Positions 1 through 8,564 of a stretch of 64,000 nt of DNA are shown here, in pieces. Made by a program: the position numbers and the translations under genes. Positions within the stretch are counted from its first letter, which is position 1; every line of letters starts with the position of its first letter. The notes under the pieces are model-generated. The model saw only the letters and a list, made by a program, of their open reading frames with translations. It had not been told where the DNA came from and searched no databases. The DNA lies in IMG/VR virus record IMGVR_UViG_3300045988_114702; one strand, given 5' to 3'. Source of the stretch: a virus.

Positions 1-83
1 ATTTTTTTGTGCTTACTGCAATCCCAGTAGTTCTTGCACCACCGACACTGACCATTGCACAGGAACGACAGATGCGCTTTCAT
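1..83 (-). CDS. Partial small Cys-rich protein (C-terminus beyond left edge)
   Basis: ATG at 83-81 follows an AAAGGAGGG RBS. It reads MKAHLSFLCNGQCRWCKNYWDCSKHKK and runs off the window. Confidence 0.3.
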   Translation of the reverse strand, partial: MKAHLSFLCNGQCRWCKNYWDCSKHKK

Positions 84-215
84 GTGCCCTCCTTTGCATT
101 TTTGACCTTCGGTCCAGCCATGTGGCTTACAGCCCAAGACCAACCCACCATAGGCAATGCAGCCACAATCAGGATGATTCCGGCCGCATCCACGACCATC
201 GGACTAAAGAAAATT

Positions 216-620
216 TCACGAATCAGATTCATTAGATTCCTCCGCATTCACTATAAGTCCCGAAATTCCAACGTTCTCTTTTGCATAGCCCACAGCTTCT
301 TCTGCGGATACTGCCCACACATAAGATTTTTTGAGCAGTTCCCTATTACTCACTGGGGATCTATATTCCACTTTGTACTTATGAACTATTTTCCACTGCC
401 GGCGAGGTGCCGATGTTCCCTGCCAATACGCTGCTACCAGTTTTTGCTCTTCTACGCATACCGGGCGCAGCATTCCAAAATCGGGGTGTTCATAAGCTAC
501 TTTCTGCAAGGCTTCTTCTACGGCTTTCGGAGTGTTTTCTCCACGAATCCATGCAGAAAACATACATTTTTCTGCCGTATCATTTTTTCTTGCTTCGATT
601 GCGACCTCATAGCACGGCAC
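216..620 (-). CDS. Hypothetical early protein (134 aa)
   Basis: ORF packed in the co-directional early operon. No motif recognised. Confidence 0.5.
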   Translation of the reverse strand: MPCYEVAIEARKNDTAEKCMFSAWIRGENTPKAVEEALQKVAYEHPDFGMLRPVCVEEQKLVAAYWQGTSAPRRQWKIVHKYKVEYRSPVSNRELLKKSYVWAVSAEEAVGYAKENVGISGLIVNAEESNESDS

Positions 621-626
621 CCTTAT

Positions 627-833
627 TCACTCCTTTCCTGCCCGCCGATTGAAGTACACCGCCGGCGAAACACCGCGTTCATCACAGTCCTTGTTGTTGA
701 AACTGACGATTGCACCGCAGTTTTTCTTATTGGTGCACCGAACGCATTTCATGCCCGTGACGCTCACGACTTCATAGGTCGGTGCACCGCAGAAAGGGCA
801 CTCCCGGCTCTTAGGTTCAATGTGTGCTTTCAT
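627..833 (-). CDS. Small zinc-ribbon-like protein (68 aa)
   Basis: Two Cys pairs: CPFCG and CVRCTNKKNCG. Confidence 0.5.
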   Translation of the reverse strand: MKAHIEPKSRECPFCGAPTYEVVSVTGMKCVRCTNKKNCGAIVSFNNKDCDERGVSPAVYFNRRAGKE

Positions 834-1020
834 TTTTCCGTTCCTCTTTGTTCCATTTTTTCAAGGGCGCATAGTATCCGCACATCACGCAACAGACAAT
901 TCTGCGATGCTGCCCTAACAGTACGATAAGTTTCGTCGTCGCGCTTCTAAACGGCTTGCCCCATGCCAAAAAGCCGCTCCCGCATTTAGGACACGGGAGA
1001 ACCGCACCTGTTTTCTCCAT
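817..1020 (-). CDS. Small zinc-ribbon-like protein (67 aa)
   Basis: CPKCGS and CCVMCG motifs. Short overlaps with both neighbours. Confidence 0.5.
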   Translation of the reverse strand: MEKTGAVLPCPKCGSGFLAWGKPFRSATTKLIVLLGQHRRIVCCVMCGYYAPLKKWNKEERKNESTH

Positions 1021-1331
1021 CAGGATCCTCCCCTGCGCACCGACTTCTTACCATTTCCGGCAAACTTGTCAGGCCGTTCGTCGCTCATGCCTCGGGCCAG
1101 CACCAGCGCTCGCTGGTCATTCGGCATCTGGTAGACACAGCCAGTCGGAATGTGCATATACAGATCATTCAGCACAGCGCAGGCAATTTCTGCCGTTTCG
1201 TACTGACCCAGACGATATACCGCGCCGCCACCCGTAGGAACCGCCTTGATTTCGTGTTCGGGGCTCACATACACGCTGGTGCACTGGGCAATGTTCGTGA
1301 CAGAGTCCCATTTTTTATTCATGACGTACAT
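1020..1331 (-). CDS. Hypothetical early protein
   Basis: ATG at 1331 (MYVMNKK) lies 6 nt after GGAGGA. An alternative ATG at 1322 forms an ATGA overlap with the upstream stop. Confidence 0.5.
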   Translation of the reverse strand: MYVMNKKWDSVTNIAQCTSVYVSPEHEIKAVPTGGGAVYRLGQYETAEIACAVLNDLYMHIPTGCVYQMPNDQRALVLARGMSDERPDKFAGNGKKSVRRGGS

Positions 1332-1879
1332 TCTGTATCCTCCACATAGCACCAGCTCTGGGGTGCCCTTTTGACTTTGAGCGGTTCAAAACAGCATCCC
1401 GTCTGTAACAGCCGCGTGTATGTTTCCAGCGGTTTCGGGTGGTCATAAATCTTCAATTCCGAAATATGCCACGCCCAGCCTTGACCGTGCAGATATTCCC
1501 ATATCTGATCTCTGTTCATGCACGCCTGCTGCTCAAAATCATCCGGGGTGTGATTCAGCGGGGCAACTTCATAGATTTTGTCGCAGACAAATTCGCCAAC
1601 GACCATCTGCGTTTTGCCACGAACACTGTCCGGCAGCAGCTTATCGAACTTTACAAATACAGGATTTCCATGGTGGATTTCACCATCCATCGTTTCTTCG
1701 CCGTCTTTGAAAATGGTGATAAGCCGTTGCGGTGCTTTTGTGCAGTAGATGTACACTTTGAACGGTTTTCCTTTTCCATAAAGATGCTTCGGATAATTTT
1801 TCCGAATCTCCATGGTTTTCTTGCCCTGCAAGATGAGGTCGCACCATTCCGGCCGGATGCTCAAAAGAACTGCTTTCAC
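1319..1879 (-). CDS. ASCH-domain-like protein
   Basis: The N-terminus MKAVLLSIRPEWCDLILQGKKTMEIRKNYP resembles the ASCH beta-barrel signature. Confidence 0.6.
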   Translation of the reverse strand: MKAVLLSIRPEWCDLILQGKKTMEIRKNYPKHLYGKGKPFKVYIYCTKAPQRLITIFKDGEETMDGEIHHGNPVFVKFDKLLPDSVRGKTQMVVGEFVCDKIYEVAPLNHTPDDFEQQACMNRDQIWEYLHGQGWAWHISELKIYDHPKPLETYTRLLQTGCCFEPLKVKRAPQSWCYVEDTECTS

Positions 1880-2121
1880 TTTCCGTCAACCTCCGCGCAC
1901 GCCCTGCGGCAGGGTTCGCACTTTTTGTACGGCTCTTCGAGCCAGCAGTTGAACAGCAGGCACTTCGGCTTCCTGTATTCAGGCGGAGCCTTGTTTCCGT
2001 GAGTTTGGGTGCGTAGTGCATAGTATTTGCATGCCTCTTTTCCCCAAAAGTCACCACCGAAGGTACACTTTTCACGCCCCGGTGAAACCTCATGCTCAAC
2101 CATGATTTTCTTATATGCCAT
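1876..2121 (-). CDS. Hypothetical Cys-rich protein (81 aa)
   Basis: ORF with several Cys (CLLFNC, CEPCRRAC). ATGA-type coupling to the next gene. Confidence 0.45.
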   Translation of the reverse strand: MAYKKIMVEHEVSPGREKCTFGGDFWGKEACKYYALRTQTHGNKAPPEYRKPKCLLFNCWLEEPYKKCEPCRRACAEVDGK

Positions 2122-2130
2122 CTCTTAGCC

Positions 2131-2442
2131 TCACACTTCCCAGTCTTCAGGACAGCCCAAAACACATTCGCCATCTCCGTTATCACTGGTCGGTCTATCA
2201 AAGCAGCAGCCCTCACAGCCATCAGTGCGAGATTTGCAATGGTTCCTTATGGCGATTGCCATATCAACGGGATCCACCAATAAAGCGCTATGTGCTTCCT
2301 CATCGGTACCCACCTTGCGCAGAATCTCGCAGGTCTCTTTCATGCCTTGCCGATTTTTGCAATGAATGACTACGTCGTAGGTGTCATCGTACAGCTCAAA
2401 TTCGCCATCATCATTGCGTATAAGTAAGATTTCTTTGCTCAT
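2131..2442 (-). CDS. Hypothetical protein (103 aa)
   Basis: ORF in the operon. The C-terminal part is Cys-rich (CEGCCFD, CVLGC). Confidence 0.45.
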   Translation of the reverse strand: MSKEILLIRNDDGEFELYDDTYDVVIHCKNRQGMKETCEILRKVGTDEEAHSALLVDPVDMAIAIRNHCKSRTDGCEGCCFDRPTSDNGDGECVLGCPEDWEV

Positions 2443-2855
2443 TGTTCATCCTCCAAATAGGGCTTTGGCGGTTTAGGAATCGGCATCCAAATAGGATATA
2501 TGTCCGGCGCCCTTTTTACATAAAGCCATCCCTTGTTTGTAACAAATCCTTCAAGGCTGGCATCCAAAACAAGAACATCACCATACTGGTTCCCGTCTTT
2601 TTCCACAGGTGGTTCCTCTTCGGTCTTACGCCAGCGCAGGCTATCTTCTTTTCTATGGTTCCAACTATCAGCCTCCTCCAGCGCAAGAGAAAACCCAAAT
2701 CCAAGCGGACACTTGGAATCATCCGGGTGCGCCCAATAGCCGCGCTCGATTTCTCCAATTTTCTTTCCATCGACCGTTGTGACCTCACGGGTACTAATAA
2801 AAGGCTTGAGCTTTACGCCACAGAACGGGCAAGGTTTTAACGTTTCTCTTGCCAT
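2439..2855 (-). CDS. Lar-like zinc-finger N-terminus plus DUF551-like C-terminus
   Basis: LKPCPFCG near the N-terminus resembles restriction-alleviation Lar. The C-terminal WMPIPKPP resembles DUF551. Confidence 0.45.
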   Translation of the reverse strand: MARETLKPCPFCGVKLKPFISTREVTTVDGKKIGEIERGYWAHPDDSKCPLGFGFSLALEEADSWNHRKEDSLRWRKTEEEPPVEKDGNQYGDVLVLDASLEGFVTNKGWLYVKRAPDIYPIWMPIPKPPKPYLEDEQ

Positions 2856-2858
2856 TGC

Positions 2859-3371
2859 TCATGCCCCCTTTGGAAGGAGTGTCATATCATAGCCACTTTC
2901 CACGAACTTCACGCAGAGGTCATGCTTAATTCCGTTGCCAAGATAGGTGTAGATGTCCGCCATTTCCTCCCACGTAAAATTCGTACCCAGCAGCTTGTTG
3001 ATGCCCTCAAAGTGGAGTTTTCTTTCCTTCGGAGAAATGCCCTTAATTGCTGTGCGCGTAAGCCACTCCAGAATTTTTGCTTTCAGCTGGGTTTCATCGC
3101 TCACATCTCCCAGCCTGAAACAGGAATTGCTTCTCAGGCTGAAAATGAGCTCATTTTGCATATTCACGAACGACTGCGGAAACGCCGCCTGAATTTTCCT
3201 CGCCCACATGGTATCGAAAATGTTGAACCTTTCTACACCGCCTGTGGCTTCCGGCTCTTCTTTGGCAAGATAATCAATTGTATTTTCGACATCTGCCAGC
3301 GTGTGAATATGTCCCAGTGAACCTTCCATGCTCAGCACGGCCTTCAGCTGGTCAGCGTTAAGTGTTCTCAT
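2859..3371 (-). CDS. Hypothetical protein (170 aa)
   Basis: ATG follows a AAAGGAGG RBS and forms an ATGA overlap with the upstream stop. Confidence 0.5.
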   Translation of the reverse strand: MRTLNADQLKAVLSMEGSLGHIHTLADVENTIDYLAKEEPEATGGVERFNIFDTMWARKIQAAFPQSFVNMQNELIFSLRSNSCFRLGDVSDETQLKAKILEWLTRTAIKGISPKERKLHFEGINKLLGTNFTWEEMADIYTYLGNGIKHDLCVKFVESGYDMTLLPKGA

Positions 3372-3784
3372 TTTTTCGCTACCTCCTTTGCAGGCGCAGG
3401 CATCTCAGCCCACGCAATGATGTGGCCTCCAATGCTCTCATAACTATCCAGCCATTCCCCGTCTGTCGTATGGGACGTGGTCGTATATCGCTCTCCACCG
3501 GGGAACTCGACAGTTACAAGCACTTCATCCGACATGGTTTCAAACATCCCAAACCTCCACTGCTCAGTGTCCTTGAACTTTGCAAACCAAGATTCATGCT
3601 CAGGCGGCTTCCCAGTGCGCCAGTTCAGGCAGCTTGCAGGGTCAACAGCAGGGGCATTCTGAATCATCTCCGCGATGGCATCAGCTGTGCTGCTGTGATG
3701 GCCAAGCGCAGAGCCATTCTGCAAGCCCATGCTTGAGACCTTGTCGTACAGATCATCTGCGTAAATCAGTTTTTTCTCACTCAT
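3368..3784 (-). CDS. DUF551-like protein
   Basis: Start MSEKKLIY at 3784 follows AAGGGGG. The C-terminus reads WAEMPAPAKE. Confidence 0.45.
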   Translation of the reverse strand: MSEKKLIYADDLYDKVSSMGLQNGSALGHHSSTADAIAEMIQNAPAVDPASCLNWRTGKPPEHESWFAKFKDTEQWRFGMFETMSDEVLVTVEFPGGERYTTTSHTTDGEWLDSYESIGGHIIAWAEMPAPAKEVAKK

Positions 3785-4248
3785 TTTTTTGCTACCCCCT
3801 TCGGCGGCAAAGGCATCCACCCAACCACGGGAGAATCCACACGGTTATTGTAAACGTCATCCGGGTTGAAATAACGATATTCCCACCAGCCTTTAGGGAT
3901 AAAGTAATCATCGCTTTCTTCATCGTAGGTTCCCCACTCGAAAATTTCTTCCCAGTAGAAAGCGCTCTTTTCGGACAAGACTGTGCCATCTTCGTAGTGA
4001 GCCGTCGTAATCCCATATCCACCGCAGGCGGTTTCAAACAGAATCAGCACATCCTCTTCGACTTTCGGGGGATTTGCTTCGGGATTTCGCCATTCCGGCC
4101 ACAGGCTTACCGTGGACGCAGCCGCCACTGTTTTCTGAGCGTCTTTATAAGCCGCGCTGGCCGCAGCACTGTGTCCCTGCATCAAGCATTCCTTGCGGAA
4201 GAACCTCGCCATCAGGTCATTAGCATCAATCGGCCTTTTCTCGGTCAT
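3781..4248 (-). CDS. DUF551-like protein
   Basis: The C-terminus reads GWMPLPPKGV. 155-aa ORF. Confidence 0.45.
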   Translation of the reverse strand: MTEKRPIDANDLMARFFRKECLMQGHSAAASAAYKDAQKTVAAASTVSLWPEWRNPEANPPKVEEDVLILFETACGGYGITTAHYEDGTVLSEKSAFYWEEIFEWGTYDEESDDYFIPKGWWEYRYFNPDDVYNNRVDSPVVGWMPLPPKGVAKK

Positions 4249-4573
4249 CGTTGCCGCCCTCCCTTACCTGTTTCATCAGCTCTGCAGCATTGATAACAAC
4301 GCCATCGGTTCTCTCATACACTGTGCGAGCCAGTTCTTTGCCTTTATCGTCAATAGTGCTCTCAAAGGCATTGGCGGTAACTCGTAGGGCTGCAATTACA
4401 AAGGGAAGATCAATGTAGCAGTAGTCCTGGGAAACTTTGCTAATTTTACCAACAATATCGGTGAGCGCTTCACCAATGACGTTGAACGCTTCATCCGTCT
4501 TTCCTGCCAGCAATGCAGCTGAAACCCGAACCGCATAGGGGATTTTCTTCTTATCCATCGTTTTCCTCCTCAT
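4226..4573 (-). CDS. Hypothetical protein
   Basis: 115-aa ORF in the operon. The start may be the internal MDKKK. Confidence 0.4.
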   Translation of the reverse strand: MRRKTMDKKKIPYAVRVSAALLAGKTDEAFNVIGEALTDIVGKISKVSQDYCYIDLPFVIAALRVTANAFESTIDDKGKELARTVYERTDGVVINAAELMKQVREGGNDDREKAD

Positions 4574-4802
4574 AAATGCCGAGCGTCATATCCAGTTCAT
4601 ACGGCGTATCTCCTGCGGCATCCCTATCCGGCTCAAGTTCTACGTTTAACGTCTTGTCCTTTACCGAGATGGTGAGTGCACCGTTATTGAGTTTCACAGT
4701 GAAACTATCGCCATCGTTCAGTTTTTTGCCATCAGCCGCGTACAGCTCAAACGCAGCCTTGACCACGTCATTTACGCTGTCCATCAGACCTCTTTCACCC
4801 AT
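4551..4802 (-). CDS. Hypothetical protein (83 aa)
   Basis: Acidic ORF in the operon. Confidence 0.4.
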   Translation of the reverse strand: MGERGLMDSVNDVVKAAFELYAADGKKLNDGDSFTVKLNNGALTISVKDKTLNVELEPDRDAAGDTPYELDMTLGIYEEENDG

Positions 4803-4980
4803 TAGAAATCACCTTCATCTTCACCACATTGAATTTTTCATACTCCGGGTAGCAAGCTCTGGCCATCGCCTTAGCTCGTACAGCAGCACGCCTAATGCCC
4901 TTTTCATCGACAACAACGCACGGCAGGAGCGCAGAGCCACGTTTCCCGGATGCTGCGATAAGCATCTCATACTTTGCCAT
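4795..4980 (-). CDS. Hypothetical protein (61 aa)
   Basis: ORF in the operon. Its start overlaps the stop of the upstream small ORF. Confidence 0.4.
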   Translation of the reverse strand: MAKYEMLIAASGKRGSALLPCVVVDEKGIRRAAVRAKAMARACYPEYEKFNVVKMKVISNG

Positions 4981-5113
4981 CGTCTCGTCCTTTCTCCGAT
5001 TTCGGCGGGTGTGCTTCGCTCTGGCGGTCTATATCACCATCCACGCAGCACGCCGCATAAATCAGAAGTGCAGCCATCACCGCCAGAACCACCAGCACAA
5101 TCCAAAGCCACAT
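4967..5113 (-). CDS. Small single-pass membrane protein (48 aa, not in ORF track)
   Basis: ATG at 5113 follows GGGAGGGTG. It reads MWLWIVLVVLAVMAALLIYAACC and then a polar tail. Confidence 0.35.
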   Translation of the reverse strand: MWLWIVLVVLAVMAALLIYAACCVDGDIDRQSEAHPPKSEKGRDDGKV

Positions 5114-5119
5114 TTTGCA

Positions 5120-5674
5120 TCACCCTCCCAGAAGATTTTTCATCATATACCCGGCCATAGCCTGTGCATATGCCTGTTTAGGAACGTCCGCCGCACCATT
5201 CTCTTCCAGCAGCTCTTTGATGCTGTGTTCGCGTCCTGCGCCATCAATGGCCCGAACTCTGGTACTGCCGCGATTGACCGTCACCGTTTTCTTATCGCGC
5301 GGGTGGATGCCGAACGGAAGCTGGAAACCTTTCTCAAACACCCAGAGGTGATAGCAGTCGCAGACGTCCACCAGCCGGTCCTGCGTTGGGAACACTTCGA
5401 CGGCAACTCGCTTCTCGCCGAACAGGTCGTTCTTAATTTCCATCTTGACGGCCCACGGGATATCCCCGCTGCCGTCACTCCGGCCAACGCCCTCTGCCGC
5501 CGTAATCGTGACGTGTTCGACCTTGCCCCATTCCGTGCGGAGCAAACGAGACATCACGCTGTACTTCTGGTCTTCGCTGATCCATGCCCGATCCATCTCC
5601 CTCATCCAGCCGTGATAAGGTACTCCCAGCTCTTCAGCTGCCTGTTTCGGGGTAATCGTCTCAATCCACTTCAT
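5120..5674 (-). CDS. Hypothetical phage protein (184 aa)
   Basis: Well-formed ORF. No motif recognised with confidence. Confidence 0.5.
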   Translation of the reverse strand: MKWIETITPKQAAEELGVPYHGWMREMDRAWISEDQKYSVMSRLLRTEWGKVEHVTITAAEGVGRSDGSGDIPWAVKMEIKNDLFGEKRVAVEVFPTQDRLVDVCDCYHLWVFEKGFQLPFGIHPRDKKTVTVNRGSTRVRAIDGAGREHSIKELLEENGAADVPKQAYAQAMAGYMMKNLLGG

Positions 5675-5678
5675 GTTA

Positions 5679-6119
5679 CTACTCCTTTCCAGTGCTCATG
5701 CCCATCAGCTCCGGCGTATCAACTACATTTCCAACCACCTTTGCGGTCAGAACCAGGCTTGCAAGACCATGCTCGACAAGCTCCTTTCGGTTCTCCGAAA
5801 ATTCCGCGTAGAAACCAATATGGCCTACGCCGTAGTCGATGTATTCGCCGTATCTTACGGCAAAAATCACATCTTTTCCGCATCGATCGTCTTCCAAAAT
5901 GTCCCCCTCAAAAACAGGTACCCCGTTTTCGTCCGTCAGAGTTGTGTTCATACCGATCGTAAAAGGCTTGACCAGATGGGCGTATGCCGGCTCTTGCTCG
6001 GAGTTGATGTACCAGCCCTCGCCCGGGCGGCTGTTTTTCACACCTGGGGAGCGAATCAGGAATCCTTCATGCCAAACGCCATCTGCAGACTGCCCGCGAA
6101 AAGTTCTATCCTGCATCAT
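5679..6119 (-). CDS. YopX-like protein
   Basis: The pattern FRG...GFLI...VFEGDIL...VRYGEY...GFY resembles the YopX family. Confidence 0.55.
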   Translation of the reverse strand: MMQDRTFRGQSADGVWHEGFLIRSPGVKNSRPGEGWYINSEQEPAYAHLVKPFTIGMNTTLTDENGVPVFEGDILEDDRCGKDVIFAVRYGEYIDYGVGHIGFYAEFSENRKELVEHGLASLVLTAKVVGNVVDTPELMGMSTGKE

Positions 6120-7201
6120 GCTTCACCCCTTACCTTAACGGGAAGCACCAGCGCTTCATACTGCGGTTCAATCAGCTTTACAGGGGACAGCGGCCCAACT
6201 ACCCATGCGCTGACTTCGTCCTCTTCCATCGACTTCAAAGCCTCGCTCAGGAATTCAAGGTTGAAGCCGATTCGCAAGGGGTCTTCCAACTTTCCGCTAA
6301 AGGAAAACTCCTCATTCATTTGCGCGATCGTGCTGCGCATTGATGCTCTGCCGGTGCCGCCGGGCTCCAGGTCCATTACCAGAACGCTCTTTTCTTTTGC
6401 GTCTGCAGACCGGGCCAGCTTGACGCGACCCAGAACGCCCAGCAGTTCTTTTCTGTCAAGCGCAATTCGGGTTCCTTCATTTCTCTGGGCCACAACCTTA
6501 CCATAGTCCAGAAACGGCTCCGCAATCAGGCGGGACTTCACCTCGAAATTGCTGTCACTGAAAACAGCCTTTTTCCGGTCACGCACAATTTCCACGCTAC
6601 CATCCATAGAAAGCGTATCAACTGCCTTTGCCGTGGCCGCAGGAAGCGTAAAGCGAAAATCACCATCAGCTGTGCAATTGATTCTGGCAATCGCCATCCG
6701 GTATCCATCCAGCGCACAGATTTCCAGCACATCCTCGCCTTTCCGAGAGAAGCACAGGCCACGGTGCGCAGGGTGTTTATCGTCCTTCGACACCGCATAG
6801 AGGACTTTGGAGATTGCCCAGCTTAAATCGTTGGCCCCCACGATACACCGCTTTGCATCATTGCCCGGGCCAGAAAACTCCGGGTAGTTCTCTGCCGGCG
6901 TTGTGTTCAGGCGTGCCCTGGCCGTGCCGGATTTCACGGTAAGGATTCCTTTATCGGCCTCGATGCTGATTTCCGGTGCTACCGTGCCGCTGATAAAATC
7001 AACACCGCGCGGTGGAACCACCACATCCTGCTCAACCGGCTTGGACAGACCAGCACGGACGCTCAGTTCCAGATTGGTGGCGTATGCATTGGAGCCGCTC
7101 AACAGGATTCCTGCATCATCGGTGCCCACCGCCCGAACCTCCGGCACCGCCGTGCGCAACTTGGAAAACAGCGCTCCAAGTTCGCTTCGCTCAAACTTCA
7201 T
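6116..7201 (-). CDS. dnaN: DNA polymerase III beta sliding clamp, phage-encoded
   Basis: About 360 aa with DnaN-like three-domain length and sequence character (MKFERSELGALFSKL...). ATG at 7201 follows AAAGGAGAAAAGGAAG. Confidence 0.75.
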   Translation of the reverse strand: MKFERSELGALFSKLRTAVPEVRAVGTDDAGILLSGSNAYATNLELSVRAGLSKPVEQDVVVPPRGVDFISGTVAPEISIEADKGILTVKSGTARARLNTTPAENYPEFSGPGNDAKRCIVGANDLSWAISKVLYAVSKDDKHPAHRGLCFSRKGEDVLEICALDGYRMAIARINCTADGDFRFTLPAATAKAVDTLSMDGSVEIVRDRKKAVFSDSNFEVKSRLIAEPFLDYGKVVAQRNEGTRIALDRKELLGVLGRVKLARSADAKEKSVLVMDLEPGGTGRASMRSTIAQMNEEFSFSGKLEDPLRIGFNLEFLSEALKSMEEDEVSAWVVGPLSPVKLIEPQYEALVLPVKVRGEA

Positions 7202-8180
7202 CTTCCTTTTCTCCTTTCTCAAAGTGCTTCATGCTGAATTTCACATAGCATTCAGGGCACATATAAGCCACCCGCTCCGGGTTATCACCACGCTTTCTGC
7301 GCAGGAGCAGGGCGTACATTTCTTTCATGGGCTGGTATTTGCCACAGACCGTGCAGTGCTCCCACAAACGACTTTTCTGCACATCAGATGGAATTCTCTG
7401 AAGGAGGGGCTGCGGCTTCTCTCGCCGCATACTCTGAACGCCAACCACGTTTTCCATGCTACTTCGCATGAACACCGGCGTTCCAGCTGCATCTGCCGAT
7501 GTCAGAATATCCTGTATCCATCCAGCCTTTGGAATAACCTTTCCGGCATTTTGGCCTGTCTCCGCTCCAATAACTGCCCATTTCAGCTTTCGGAACGTTT
7601 TTGTTGCATCGCCTTCAAACGGTCCGAGAAGCGGCTCTATGGCTACGAACGTATTATACTTTTCGTTTGCCCACACACTGTCTGACAGAATCGTTGCGGT
7701 AGAGCCGTACCAGAAATTGTTTTTCTGTGGAAGTGCCCCATGGTTTGCAAGGTTCTGATATCTCACCGGGTACTGCGTCAAGAAAATGTACTGGTGCTGG
7801 GGTGCCATTTCGGCCGCAGCGAATACCTGAAGAATCCAATCTTCCGGCACCCACGGACCAAACAAGTCGCCGTCCGTGCATACCATGATGGTTGAGCCCA
7901 CTTTGACCTTTTGTGGCCAATCCATGCGATACTTATGTATCGTGGGCATAAATCCGGTTGGGTTGTTCAGAAAGCGGTTATTTGTGGTTTCCCATGGAGC
8001 GTCCAGCTCAAAGAGGTTCGCTCCGACCTGCTGAACCTTCGGACGTTCTGCAAGATTTCGTCTCCAGTCGCTGGCAAAGCGTAAAGCGCTCTTTTTTGCG
8101 TAGCAATATCGGCAGTCTTTCAGACATCCTGTTACAGGATTCCATGCGTAATCCGCCAATTCGTTTTTTGTTCTGTTCAC
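7191..8180 (-). CDS. Phage Gp37/Gp68 family (DUF5131) protein
   Basis: The N-terminal WNPVTGCLKDCRYCYA motif is typical of this family. Confidence 0.7.
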   Translation of the reverse strand: MNRTKNELADYAWNPVTGCLKDCRYCYAKKSALRFASDWRRNLAERPKVQQVGANLFELDAPWETTNNRFLNNPTGFMPTIHKYRMDWPQKVKVGSTIMVCTDGDLFGPWVPEDWILQVFAAAEMAPQHQYIFLTQYPVRYQNLANHGALPQKNNFWYGSTATILSDSVWANEKYNTFVAIEPLLGPFEGDATKTFRKLKWAVIGAETGQNAGKVIPKAGWIQDILTSADAAGTPVFMRSSMENVVGVQSMRREKPQPLLQRIPSDVQKSRLWEHCTVCGKYQPMKEMYALLLRRKRGDNPERVAYMCPECYVKFSMKHFEKGEKEDEV

Positions 8181-8377
8181 CGATAGATCCTCCCCGACTG
8201 GCTGTCGATCAGGACAATGCGCTCTGCAATCTCAAACCCTGCGGCATCTGCCACATACCGCAGAACGTGAATAAGATCATGCACCCGTTTCTCGTCCTTC
8301 TGGATGTTATTTTCGGCACGCGCCCGGGTGGGGTCCGGCGCACCGCTGGGGTTGTGTCCTTTGCGGGTATCAGGCAT
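8177..8377 (-). CDS. Hypothetical protein (66 aa)
   Basis: ORF with operon coupling. Confidence 0.4.
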   Translation of the reverse strand: MPDTRKGHNPSGAPDPTRARAENNIQKDEKRVHDLIHVLRYVADAAGFEIAERIVLIDSQSGRIYR

Positions 8378-8564
8378 TGCTATCCCCCTTGTCCAGAATC
8401 ATATAGTACTCGTACTGGGTGCCCGGGTTGGCGTTTGGACGGCGGCGCACGATGTCAACCCGATACCCCGCTTTCAAGAGCAGCCGTCCCAACTCTAAGC
8501 GTTCATCTTCCGAGAGTCCTTTTGCCTTAGACGGCGCAAGGGAAAGTTCGATTTTAGCCAACAC
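8370..8564 (-). CDS. Hypothetical protein (64 aa)
   Basis: ORF with operon coupling. Confidence 0.4.
   Translation of the reverse strand: MLAKIELSLAPSKAKGLSEDERLELGRLLLKAGYRVDIVRRRPNANPGTQYEYYMILDKGDSNA

Noticed and set aside
9-929. 306-aa plus-strand ORF at the left edge
   Set aside because: It is antisense to three compact minus-strand ORFs with RBSs. Its composition is hydrophobic and low-complexity.
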